The notes below the pieces were generated by a model, which did no database searches, was not told the DNA's origin, and saw nothing but the letters and a program-made list of their open reading frames with translations. Shown here one piece after another: positions 17,869 through 33,586 of a stretch of DNA of 64,000 bases. The position numbers were made by a program, and so were the translations under genes. How positions within the stretch are numbered: the stretch's first letter is position 1; the number at the start of each line of letters is the position of its first letter. This stretch comes from the human T2T-CHM13v2.0 reference genome, Homo sapiens: the NCBI RefSeq assembly GCF_009914755.1, contig NC_060930.1; one strand, written 5' to 3'.

Positions 17869-18625
17869 GGCTAGGCGCTGTGGCTCATTCCTGTAATCAT
17901 AGCACTTTGGGAAGCCAAGACCAGCCTGGCCAACATGTTGAAACCCAGTCTCTACAAAAAATACAGTAATTAGCCAGGCGTGGTGGCAGGTGCCTGTACT
18001 CCCAGCTACTCGGGAGGCTGAGTAGGAGGATGGTTTAAGCCCAAGGAGGCAGAGCTTGCAGTGAGCCATGTTCATGCCACAGCACTCCTGTAGCAGGAGG
18101 AGTCATGGACAAAATCCCTCAGACACTGGATTGGGGAAGGAAAGAGCTTTATTCAGCTGGGAGCATCGGCAGACTCGCGTCCTAGAAACCGAGCTCTCCG
18201 AATAAGTAATTCCTATCCTTTTTAAGGGCTCACAACTCTAAAGGGGCTGCATGAAGTGGGGGTTATGATCGATTGAGCAAGCGAGGGGTACACGACTGGG
18301 GGCTGCCTGCATCAGTAATCAGAACGAAACAGAACAGAACAGGGAGTTTCACAATGCTTCTTCATGCAATGTCTAGAATCTATAGATACCAAAAGTGGTG
18401 AGTTCAGGGGTTGAATTTTAACTACCAGGCCCGAGGCGCGGCGCCGGGCTGTCTGACTATGAATTTCACTTCTGCCTATTCTTTTAACTTCTACCTTTTC
18501 AGCAAACAAGAAATTAAATATAAGACAATATGAGGAGTGGTCTCCTCTTTCACTCCAATCTGGGAACAGAGCCAGACCATCTCAAGAAAAAAAAAGAAAA
18601 AGAAAAAACAAAGAAAGAAAAGAAA
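17869..18625 (+). mobile_element. AluJ-like element split by an LTR
   Basis: Alu stops at gcactcc (18088) and resumes at ctccaatctggg (18553). Confidence 0.85.
18089..18552 (-). mobile_element. ERV1 solo LTR (LTR15-like)
   Basis: TG...CA ends; 4-bp TSD CTCC; minus-strand AATAAA near its 3' end. Confidence 0.8.
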
Positions 18626-19576
18626 ATGGCTCAGTAAATTGGATTGGGATTGTTGCGAAATTTGAGAAACTAGGTATTAAAGCATGTACAGTGGCAGCAT
18701 CTTGTATGCACTATATGCTAATAAATAATTACTTAATATTGGTGAGGTTTGGCAGGGTAATGGAATATGTGTTAACTGAAAGAGGACAACAACATCTAAA
18801 AAAGGCAAAGTTCTTACCAGCTGAGAGCTGAAAACACAGCTAATATTTAATTATTCATAGAAGGAAAATAAAATGAAGAAAAATCTCGACTGATCTATCT
18901 TCTAATGTTCTGAAATTTACAGCTCATTGCTTAAAGTAGGCCTGGTAAAGAGAATGGAGTCAATGCTCTTTTTTTTTTTTAACCAAATAACATCTATTAA
19001 CATCTCAAGGAACTATTGATACTCAAGGAACTAACATTTAGCAAAAATGTATTTAGAAAATATGGTTCTTTTCAAATGTAAATTATTAATTGTGACAGGC
19101 AAACAACCAGGAAATAACAGAAAAGACTGGAAGAACTGGTTAAAGACACATCTAATGCCATAAAAGTTCACAAGACTACTTACAGATAAATAATAGTTTA
19201 TTAACAATCTTGTACTTTTAAAATTCACACTGGTAATTCTAAAATGCTTCAAGTGACATCAGAATCACCTAAGATGTGGGCATGACAATCAATTAATTAA
19301 TTTATAATTAATCTAAGAAAAGCGATATACATTTTAGAGACCAGGAAGACTAAAGTGGCTTCTGAATTACTGTGTTTATGAACCAAGAACTGGATTATGA
19401 AGACTTTTATAAAATCATCTTGAGGTAGGGAAAAAACCAACATTCTGGGAGTACGATGCCCATTTTTGTGTGTGTTTACAATATTGTGATTGCTGTAATA
19501 ATCAGGCAGTGAGAATACTAGCCCTTCATCTGATAAGCCTTACCCTCAGGTCCCTCTTAACCGTTTATAAAGCTGG

Positions 19577-19806
19577 TGATATGGTGTGATATGGTGTGGC
19601 TGTTTCCCCACCTAAATCTCATTTTGAATTGTAGTTCCCAAAATCTCCGTGTGTCATGGGAGGGACCCAGTAGGAGGTAATGAAATCATGGGGGCGGTTG
19701 CCCCCACGCTATTCTCTTCATGGTAAGTTCTCACCAGATCTAACGGTTTTTATAAGGGGCTTCTTCCTTCACTTGGTTCTCAGTCTCTCTCCTGCTGCCC
19801 TGTGAA
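19577..19806 (+). mobile_element. MaLR LTR fragment (THE1/MST-like)
   Basis: tgatatggtgtggctg...aaatctcattttgaattgtagttccca. Confidence 0.8.
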
Positions 19807-20186
19807 AAGTAGGCACCCTTCTAGGGGCATGCATTATCACGTGAAAGTATACCAATGTTAAATGCAGAAACAATAGACTCTAAGGAGACTTCAGAAAGGA
19901 AAAACAGTAATATAAAAGAGGTCAGAAAACGGATACCTCTCACTGACACCTATTAGACAAGTACAGGACGAGATCTTGACAGGGAGTGGAAGGATATCCT
20001 GCCCTATCTCATTAGGGTTACTCTGTGAGGCAAGACCAGGAGTGGGGATAGGTCTGGAACAGCCATGTTGTAATAAGCTTTCCAAGAAAACGTCACTACA
20101 TTATTTTGGAGGACAGTATGAAAGGTAATGTAGCTGGGAGAATTGGGGATAATCAAAAAACAGGCTATCTCACTCAGCTTTCTTCC

Positions 20187-20749
20187 TATTTATTTATTTA
20201 TGACACAGGGTCTCCCTCTGTTGCCCAGGCTGGAGTACAGTGGCGCGATCTCAGCTCACTGCAGCCTCGACTTCCCAGTGAGGCAGAAAAATAGGGCCTG
20301 GAGTCAAGGAACATAAGGCCAACTCACACTTCAGCTATAACAGGAAATATCCTCTCCATAGGGCATACACGGAGTAAATTACTTTGTAACTTTAATTCAT
20401 CCTCTTCATTTACATAGGGCGTACCCCAAGTAGATGATATTTAAACTCACAAAAACTCTGTAACGGGGCCTTTGAGCTCCTGTGCTCAGCCCCACTCCCA
20501 CACTGTGGAGTATACTTTCGTTTTCAATAAAACCCTTCATTCTTTCCTTGCTCTGTTTGTGCGTTTTGTCCAGTTCTTTGTTCAAGACGCCAAGAACCTG
20601 GACACCCTCCACCATTACCACCATTAACACCAGGCTCTAGTGATCCTCCCATCTCAGCCTCCTGAGTAGCTGGAGCTGTAGGCACGTGCCACCACGCCCA
20701 GCTAACTTTTGTATTTTTTGTAGAGACGGGGTTTTGCCATATTCCCCAG
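20187..20749 (-). mobile_element. AluJ-like element split by an LTR, head missing
   Basis: Alu interrupted at 20278 and resumes at 20630; ends abruptly at ~20749. Confidence 0.85.
20279..20629 (+). mobile_element. ERV1 solo LTR (MER61A-like)
   Basis: TGAGGCAG...TTAACA; AATAAA at ~20526; 4-bp TSD CCAG. Confidence 0.8.
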
Positions 20750-21038
20750 TGGTGGCTCACGCCTGTAATCCCAGCACTTTGGGAGGCTGAGGCGGGTTGA
20801 TCACGAGGTCAGGAGTTTGAGACCAGCCTGGCCAACATGGTGAAACCCTGTCTCTACTAAAAATACAAAAATTAGCTGGGCGCGGTGGCGGGCGCTTGTA
20901 ATCCCAGCTACTAGGGAGGCTGAGGCAGAAGAATTGCTTGAACCTGGGAGGCGGAGGTTGCAGTGAGCCAAGATCGGGCCACTGCACCACTCCAGTCTGG
21001 GTGACTGAGCAAGACTCCGTCTCAGGGGAAAAAAAAAA
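20750..21038 (+). mobile_element. AluS-like, first bases missing
   Basis: Starts at tggtggctcacgcc. Confidence 0.9.
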
Positions 21039-21076
21039 GTGATTCTGATCAATCGCTTCTTCAAAATTCCTAACTA

Positions 21077-21334
21077 AGCATGGGCAACATAGTGAGACCT
21101 ATGACTCAACATACTGAGTCTCTACAAAAATACAAAAACAAAATAAACCAGCCCATTAGCTGGGCATGATGATATGTGCCTTAATCCCAGCTGCTCAGGT
21201 GGCTGAGGGGAGATGATCCCTTGAGCCTAGGAGTTCAAGACTTTAGTGAGCTTTGATCCCACCGCTGCACCCCAGCCTGGACCACTGCACCCCAGCATCA
21301 ACAACAGAGTGTGACCCTGTCTCGAAAAAAAAAA
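21077..21334 (+). mobile_element. Degenerate AluJ-like partial
   Basis: Right arm plus part of left arm. Confidence 0.8.
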
Positions 21335-21599
21335 TCCTCTGTAAGGACTATAACTCCATCTAGGAGGCTTTCCTTAATTAATCTCAACCAAATCTGATCT
21401 CTTACATAGTCTAAATTCTTGTGTACTTAGCTTTTTTTGTGGTACTGTTTGGGACTTGTTTTAATGATTACATTATTACTCGTATGCTTCCTATGGTGTT
21501 ATTCTTGAATTTTTTATACTCTAATTTCACTAAAGATAAGGCCCAGCGAAAAGGCTTTCAAAGTACTCTCTGTGGGTTCCCCTGTTTGAGCCTGTGGGA

Positions 21600-21810
21600 G
21601 TAAGGCAGTGGACAGCACACTCTGAGAACTGTGCGTTACAAATTCTATTTAATTTGATATTCACAACTATCCCCTTAGGATCTGTATTACCTTCATTATC
21701 ATCATCTCCATTTTGTATAAGGCATGAGGAAGTTAGGGAAGTCATACTACTAGTGAGACATAGATTCAAAGGTGGACTAAGTGGCTCCAATACCTCTCTG
21801 TGTTCTTTCC
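21600..21810 (-). mobile_element. MIR
   Basis: tttaatttgatattcacaactatccc...catctccattttgtataag. Confidence 0.6.
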
Positions 21811-22261
21811 ATTACATCATACATACGAGTAAATAGCCTGTCCATGTTGCTGTAACTTCTACTACCAAAATTCATTATTTACTTTTAAATTGTGTTCAAA
21901 AGGGTCTATGTATACAATTAGTTCAATACATATTTACTTTTTAGGAAGCATTACAGTACAGTTACTGTTGAAACACATGCCACAGAAATTGGTTCTTCAC
22001 TCACTCCCGAGGGACCCAAGCAGCCTCCACTTGGGGTTCTTCCGGCGTTATCTGGCGCTGCTGCACCACGTCCTCCCCTACACGTGGAGGTCGGTGGTGC
22101 GATTTCCTCACCCTCAAGGGACTCAAGGGACCACGCGCTCGCAAAGAACCCAGGGCCTCTTCCATCAGCTCGCAGCAGGTACGCAGTAAACCTTTACCGA
22201 ATGAATGAATGGAAATCAAATCTGCGAATTAACTGCATGTTAGTTTGCCACATGGGCTGCA

Positions 22262-22579
<318 letters not shown>

Positions 22580-22741
22580 GGGGAACTTCTTTTAATGGTG
22601 CCAATCTTATGGACCTCAGACACCTCTCAGTGAGAACTTGCTGGCATTTTGTGTGGAGAACAGAACCGAGGGGACCAATCTGGACAAGGGGAGCCAATTA
22701 GAAAACTGCAGGCCCAGGATTATCTTATTTTCATTCTCTAG

Positions 22742-22980
22742 AGCAGAGTTTCAATAGAGCGCTATTGACATTTTGGACTAGATATTATAATTCTTTGTTG
22801 TGGGGGCTGTTCTATGCATTACAGGATGTTTACTAGCATTCCTGTTCTTTACCTACTACATTCCTCAGTCACAACAATTTACCTACTATATTCCTCAGTC
22901 ACAACAATTAAAAATGTCTTCTTACATTGTCAGATGACCGTTGTGAAGGCAAAATTGCTCCATTAGAGAAATTACTGCTC
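22742..22980 (+). mobile_element. MER20 (hAT-Charlie) with an internal 30-bp tandem duplication
   Basis: ctattgacattttggactagat...ctttgttgtgggggctgt. Confidence 0.75.
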
Positions 22981-23009
22981 CACGAGTATGTACCATTGTT
23001 TTGGCTTAC

Positions 23010-23306
23010 TATTTATTTTTGAGACAGGGTCTGGCTCTGTCGCTCAGGCTGCAGTGCAGTGACACAATCATAGCTCACTGTGGCCTCACACTCTTTGGCT
23101 CATGGGATCCTCCCTCCTCAGCCAGTCCCAGTAGCTGGGACTACAGGCCCCCGACCACTACGACCCGCTAATTTTTGTATTTTTTGTAGAAACAGGGTTT
23201 CACCATGTTGGCCATGGCTGATCTCGAACTCCTGGTCTCAAGAGACTTAGCTGCCTCAGGCTCCCAAACTGCTGAGATTACAGGCCTGAGCCACCAAGCC
23301 CGGCCT
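23010..23306 (-). mobile_element. AluJ-like
   Basis: Antisense dimer; TSD ttactatttatt. Confidence 0.88.
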
Positions 23307-23953
23307 AGTTTACTATTTATTGATTAGGGTAGTTTTTCAGCTTTGTAAGGGAACGTCGTGATGTGGTGATGCAAATGAACTTCGTCTGATATTTAGTTAT
23401 TTTCCGTCCTGTAGAAACAGTACAGTTTTATTGTCCTGTAAGGCAGTTTCCAGTTCTCTACCTCACTTAGCAATGTTAATTTACAGCATTGCTTCTTTCA
23501 GTGACTATCAATAAATTCTTCGATCCAGTTTTACCAGTTTTACCATCTTGATGATTCCCTCATTAGTGAATTAAACCTTTGACAAGTGTTTATTTCATAT
23601 TCGTATACGAATCATGCATTTAACCGTTTGAAAAGTGTATTTTGACCAAATGTATAAAAGTAAATACATCTGTGAAATAGGATAACTTATTCAGGCAATT
23701 GAGGTTGGAGAGGAGATAAAACATTACATTTAATTCATCGAGACTCGCCCCACTCAAATAAATGTTTCATGGACTTGAGGAGATTAATGGCCAAGTTAAA
23801 TGTACTTTCAATTTTTGTTCAGAAAAGAAAAAAAAAATCTGTGTGCCATAAAGGAGTGAACATTGGGCTCAATGGCCTACTTGCACAAGAAGGATCATTT
23901 GCCCTGTGCATGTTTCATTATATGACAAGGTAATTATCTTTAATGGAACATGA

Positions 23954-24295
<342 letters not shown>

Positions 24296-24521
24296 ATAAT
24301 GAAACAGATTTCGGATGCCAGATTCCACCACAAGTGGATTTTTTCATTAACAAGGGAGGATAATAGCTATTCTGAGCTTCAGAGTCATAGAAAGCTAGAC
24401 AAGAATCTTACACTTTGCAAAACTAATATTTGAAATGATATTACCTTGTGTTAATCATTTAAAAATGTATCATTTTAGCACACCCATGGATAGGTTTTTG
24501 CTGAGTTAAGAATTAATGTGA

Positions 24522-24828
24522 TGGCCAGCTGCTGTGGGCTCACGCCTATGATCCTAGGGCTTTAGAAGGCCAAAACGGGCGGATCACTTGAGGCCAAGAG
24601 TTCGAGACCAGCCTGGCCAACATGGCAAAAATCACAACTCTACTAAAAATATAAAAATTAGGCGGGCGTGGTGGCTTGCGTTTGTAATCCCAGCTGCTCG
24701 AAGGCTGAGGCGGGAGAACGGGAGAATCGCTCGAACCTGGGAAGCGGAGGTTGCAGTGAGCCGATATCGCGCCACTGCACTCCAGCCCAGGCGACAGAGC
24801 GAGACTCTGTCTCAAAAAAAAAAAAAAA
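24522..24828 (+). mobile_element. Alu
   Basis: Full dimer with A-tail. Confidence 0.9.
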
Positions 24829-25248
24829 TTATTATGCTTTCGAAGTTGCATTATTTAGCCTGCTCTTCCTTCTCTTCCTCCTGTCAGTTATCTCAATAAA
24901 ATCCCATTAAAATTGCATTGTTAAAGTGTTTCAAATTCTATTTTTAGGTAGAGGTTAAAATTGGTTATATAATGCATTCATCACAACAAAAGATGGTCAT
25001 TGCTAAATTCTTATCAGTTCCTTGTGCCTCCTTAACATTTTATGTTTCTTTTTGTAAACTAGTGAGGGTGGTGCTCCCGTTTTCTCCCTGTTTCAGAGAA
25101 AAGGGCCTCTGAATATCAGTCAGTTCCGAAGGGGTAGTGGATGTCAAAAGAACATCAACGACGCAGGTAAACAGGACGACAAGCATCCACGATTGCCCAA
25201 CCTTCCGCAGAGATGGCATCCCCAGCGGGAAGTGAAAGTCGTGTGAAT

Positions 25249-25339
25249 CCTTCGATAGCTCAGTTGGTAGAGCGGAGGACTGTAGTTGGCTGTGTCCTTA
25301 GACATCCTTAGGTCGCTGGTTCGAATCCGGCTCGAAGGA
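25249..25339 (+). tRNA. tRNA-Tyr(GTA), 18-nt intron at 25286-25303
   Basis: CCTTCGATAGCTCAG...CTGTAG/intron/ATCCTTAGG...GGTTCGAATCC...GAAGGA; long T-run terminator from 25348. Confidence 0.97.
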
Positions 25340-26478
25340 GTTCACAATTTTTTTTTTTTTTTGCGTAAGTTTTAAAATTCATTCTCAGAAATGCGTATTT
25401 CACTTATACATATCCTCGATAAGAATCTATTTAAAACTATTCTGGATGTGCAGTGAATCTCTTTAATTTTTTATTATTCTCCGTAACAATTTTTAACACG
25501 CGCCATCAAGACTTCATCCCTATAATTCGTATAATCCAACCCTCTTAGAAGCCCTGGGCACTGAGGAAGTGAATCAGACACTGGTCCACTGGGCTAGAGA
25601 TCCACAGAGGCGTCTCCACCCCTCAACCCCGGATCCACAGCCGGGGGAAAGGGGCGGCTGGTGGGAATTACTCGGAGCAACTGGTAATTGGTGGGGCACG
25701 CGCGTGCCCTGGTGTTCAGAGTTCTGAATCGTTGCGAGTCAGTTACAAGCTGAACCACTAGCGTCTGAACCCTATACATCTGAAGCCGGGATGAAATTCA
25801 GGAGTTCTATTCCCCCTTCTCCTTTTAATTGTCATGGTGGTGTCTTTCGACCCTAGCAGAGAATATGTGGTCGATATTAGAATCACCTGGGGAGATTTTA
25901 CAAAGCATCTATGCTTGGGTTTCTTTGGAGGTAAGATTCAGGTATTGTAGTTTCAAAAGCTCACCAGCTGACTTTCCTGTACTGCAAGTTTTGAAAAACA
26001 CTGGTAGAAGAGAATCATTTTAGGAGAAAATAGTACATAAGGGAAAAAATGGACAGGATTTCCTACCCACATAGGGAATTAGCTCACAAAGTAGAGATCT
26101 GGCATAACAGTGGTACATATTTGCTAATTTTGTGCCAATCTAATTACAATATATTAATCCCATTGTACCCTTTTGTGTCTCAAAAATGTGATCCCAGATA
26201 CCTATGGAAGAGTTCTTAATGACAAATATCTTTGTCTAGATCAAAGTAAGGAAGCGTTTTCTGAGGATTTTGTGCCTGGTAATTTCTTGTATGTTCCTTC
26301 CCATGTTTCCAAACTTTTATTCTTTATGAAAATAATTCTCAAACTTGGATATCAGAACCACCTGGAAAACTAACAAAAAACACAGAAGCCCAGGCTTATT
26401 GAATTAGGGTGGTGGTTGGAGAGCCCTGCCCAAAACGCATTGGAAGCCACTCCTATTAAGGGCTGGAGATGGATCTAA

Positions 26479-26886
<408 letters not shown>

Positions 26887-27063
26887 TAATGTTTGGGGCT
26901 TGAATGCAACATTTGTTAAATAGTCCTGGACTAAGCTTCTTGCCAAGGCACAATAGATTTCAGTCCAGATAGATTCTCTGTCACAATTCTCCTCCTATGT
27001 GCCAGCACCAGTAACAGCAGCAGACCCCCCCACCCCACCCTCCGGCAAGATATAGCAAGATGA

Positions 27064-27479
<416 letters not shown>

Positions 27480-27527
27480 TAATGGGAGTGCCTTTGTTAC
27501 AATTGTAACAACTTAAGGTGGTCCTCA

Positions 27528-27912
<385 letters not shown>

Positions 27913-28258
27913 ATTTGTAATACGTCCTCAGTCTGCTGTGATAAAAATGTAATACATAAATGATCGAAGTGTATAATAGATTTGCCAATGCACCTGGCAG
28001 AGGCCAACACTCAGAACTGAAAATAGTGAGAGAAATTCGAAGTACCCAGCTCTGTCTACGATAGAACAATCTGAGGACTAGGGAACCACCGAGTAGATGG
28101 GTTTTCATGGGTGGTGAGAGAATCTTGAGCTTGAAGGAAAGACCACCCCCATTATGATACGGGAGTGTGTTGTTAGCTGCTTATGTGTCAGCAAGATATT
28201 CATGGAAAGATAGGAGTAAAGGCCAAAGGGTAAGGTGGGAGAGGAAACCACATAAAAC

Positions 28259-28331
28259 TGGAGAATGCGGGCATCGATCCCGCTACCTCTCGCATGCTAA
28301 GCGAGCGCTCTACCATTTGAGCTAATTCCCC
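28259..28331 (-). tRNA. tRNA-Ala(AGC)
   Basis: Minus strand GGGGAATTAGCTCAAATGGTAGAGCGCTCGCTTAGCATGCGAGAGGTAGCGGGATCGATGCCCGCATTCTCCA, 73 nt, TTTT downstream. Confidence 0.96.
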
Positions 28332-28822
28332 GTGTGGGAAAACGTCTCTTATATCCTTTACCCTCTTTGATATCTGGAAGTAATTCAGGACTCTCGCTAT
28401 TTCAATTGACTTTCGTCACTAGCCAATAGGAAAAAAATGAAGAACTGTGTACAATGGTGACTAAAGAGCCTCAGCATGACTTCCGCCCCTCAGCGCCATC
28501 TATAACCTGTTTTACCATGTCGGATCCCGTCTGGAGAAGCCCACCGAGTGCAGGTGAACCAGGGAGGCGAAGTCCATAGAAACAGCTGTCTTGGGGGTCC
28601 GGGAAGAGTTTAACACTGGAATCACATCTGCGGAAACCGGGAACTGGAAGCAAATTGAGGATGCGGCCAGAAGGGAAAATCAAGTTTTTCAAGCAATGAG
28701 GTTCGGCCTTGGCCTAACCAATAGTTTCTACCACTCTCCGCACCCCTAAAATTTCCATCTATTCATCTGGTTCCAGAAACAGATTATCCAGCGTCTTTGT
28801 AGATCTACGAATATCCCTTAAA

Positions 28823-29370
<548 letters not shown>

Positions 29371-29701
29371 CTATTGAGTACCAGCTACTGTGCCAGGTGC
29401 TAGGTGCTAGGTACTGTTCAGCAGAAGCTAGTTGGGAAAAGGAGGATCCGTTGGGCATTACTAGAGTCCCATCACTCTCAAAAAAGCCATACGAAAGCCG
29501 TCACCCAACATCTGCACCTTCAACTGCTTCTTTTCCAGAAATTCCATCATTAGAAACTTCCTCTTTTTATTTTCTAGTCTCTATGAAATTGGGGCAAGAT
29601 ACTAAAAATTGAAAGTGGAGAAGACAAAATATCTTATTTAAGAAAGTAACTTTGCTGCGCAGGGCATAGTAGGTCTTTTAAAGACCTTAAGACAACCTTT
29701 A

Positions 29702-30128
<427 letters not shown>

Positions 30129-30515
30129 CCAACTCAGATGTTCTAAGCAAGTGTAGAAACCCACCATTCATCTCAGAACTTGGCTCAAAGTCAGCCTTGC
30201 TTTGAGGCTCACACCACCTAGGTGCTTTCTCCTTCTTCAACCCTGGACAGAATTTACCCAGTCAGTTTGGCCTCCCCTTACTCTTTTCTGTTTATTTTCT
30301 ATGACTCTATTAGGCGCGCAGGTGTGGAAATGAGGTGAAAGAAAATTAGCCCAATCCCATAGTTCAGATCCATGGGTTGTGTATTGGCATGACTGTAAAC
30401 TGGGAGCAATTGGTTTGCCTAGGGCTTTTGAATTGGGAGTTCTGGTTTCTAGCAACATTGGATTAGGTATCAAATTTTACAACTTCTTAGCTTCCACAGA
30501 AGTAAATTAAGGTCA

Positions 30516-30715
30516 AGAAACCCCATCTCTACAAAAAGTACAAAAATTAGCCGGGCTTGGTAGCATGTGCCTGTAGTAGTCCCAGCTACTAGAGAATCTG
30601 AGGTGGGAGGATCACCTCAGGAGGGTGAAGCTGTGGAACTGTGATCATGCCTCTGCACTCCAGCCTGGGTGACAGAGTGACAGACTGAGACCCTTCCTCA
30701 AAAAAAAAAAAAAAA
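30516..30715 (+). mobile_element. AluJ-like partial
   Basis: Right arm with A-tail. Confidence 0.8.
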
Positions 30716-30787
30716 TCTTAAATTTCACATGGAAGTTTTAACAGTTGTTAGCAGTTGTTAAACTATTGACTCTCAACTCCAAACCCA

Positions 30788-31788
<1,001 letters not shown>

Positions 31789-31963
31789 CATTATACAGAG
31801 TACGTCCAGTGTCTGAAAAAACTGCTTTAAAGCCGATTGTAGTTTTAAAAATGAGTATCAATGTAATTAAAACTGAGTCTCCTTAATGCAACAAGACTTG
31901 AAAACCCAGAAACTTTCAGGACACATTATTTTAGGAATTCTAGAAGATGAAGGGCTAGGGGTC

Positions 31964-32053
31964 CTTTCGATAGCTCAGTTGGTAGAGCGGAGGACTGTAG
32001 GTTCATTAAACTAAGGCATCCTTAGGTCGCTGGTTCGAATCCGGCTCGAAGGA
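31964..32053 (+). tRNA. tRNA-Tyr(GTA), 17-nt intron at 32001-32017, variant acceptor stem
   Basis: CTTTCGATAGCTCAG...CTGTAG/intron/ATCCTTAGG...GAAGGA. Confidence 0.92.
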
Positions 32054-33497
32054 CGAAAGTTTTGAACTACGGGCTAATAATTCCAGAAATAACGGAACTT
32101 TACGAAAATCAGGATCTAGACAGGAAGATGTATTAGACTGCTGTTTAATCCTTTCTTTAATCCCCTTTGTGATACAGGAAGTAGGACTCTGTTAATCACA
32201 TTGCAGTTCCACCACTTGACCCTATGGGTAAGCCTTGCCAAAAGGGTGGTTAGAGACTCCAAGGCTGAAGGTGGGAAAGTGAACTTGTTTTCTTTCTGGG
32301 GCCTTCCTGTTTCTCTAGGTGTCACCCCAGTAATCCTAACAGAGACAACAATTTTGTAGCAGCCCCGTCTTGAAATTTCACTTCTTATTGGCATCCCTGT
32401 AGCTTTTCCGCCTGGTGTCTAAGGCACAGATAGGACACACAATAATGTCAGGAGAGACTGTCCACATCCTGGGATCCCTCCTCTCTAGCTGCTAGCTCTC
32501 TATTAGGTTAGAAACATTGAAAGTTAGCATATACTATTTTCTTAGTTACTCATGCAAGGGACTTAATTACAGAGTTCAATATCAACTGTATGCTATTAAT
32601 ATTTCTGACAAGAGGCACTAGCAGTTGCCATTTGAAGAAAAATTTGGGATTTTTCCTTTTAAAGCCTTTTCTTGCGAGATAGTTTTAACATATTCCCCAT
32701 TTCTGCCTTAGGTATAAGGAAGCTGAGCAGACAACAATCTACACAGAACCTCCCTTTATGTTGGACAATTTGCTTTGAAAAACGAATATTTATATTTCCA
32801 CGTAAAGTTTTCAAAAATTTTTGCTTCATTTTAACTGCTCCACCATGATTATGTAATATACACTCAAATTTACACAAACACGCACAGATGACACTTCCAC
32901 GTTTCATCACTACAGTTGTGAATACACACAATTTATCATTCGACTTTCAAAAAGGAGAACTGCAATGATACCAGAATGCTTTGTTCACAGCCCTGGGATC
33001 CTCATCAACCCGGTTGTCTGTATTTATCAAGCAAATACATTTTATCAAGCAAATAGAAAAGCCATAGCATTTATCAAGCAAATCCAGTCACTTTTAAGAC
33101 AGAAAGGAGGAGTTAATCAGACAAAACAGCAGGACAGAGGGCGTAATCTGGGAGATTGTGTATATCTAGGGGAGGAGGACGGGGGATTCCAGTAAGGTTT
33201 TTGGTTTGAGCTATACATAAATATCCTAATGTTTTCAATATAAAACCCAATGCCTTTTACATATTTATAAACCCATGAAGCCAATTACCTAGAACATTAC
33301 ACAGAATACTTCCGGTGTATGAGAATACTGCTTTAAAGCCGATCGTAGTTTAAAAAATGAGCATTAATATAATTAATTAAAACCAAATCTCCTAAATGGA
33401 ACAAGACTTAAAAACCCAGAAACTTCCAGGACGCACATTATTTTGGGGATTCTAGAGAACGCAGAACTACGTGTCTAAAAAGGACAGCGTTCCGTGT

Positions 33498-33586
33498 CCT
33501 TCGATAGCTCAGTTGGTAGAGCGGAGGACTGTAGGCTCATTAAGCAAGGTATCCTTAGGTCGCTGGTTCGAATCCGGCTCGGAGGA
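33498..33586 (+). tRNA. tRNA-Tyr(GTA), 16-nt intron at 33535-33550
   Basis: CCTTCGATAGCTCAG...CTGTAG/intron/ATCCTTAGG...GGAGGA. Confidence 0.96.

Noticed and set aside
26074-26096. GGGAATTAGCTCACAAAGTAGAG, resembling the 5' end of tRNA-Ala(AGC)
   Set aside because: Only 23 nt with mismatches, no anticodon arm or B box; could be chance.
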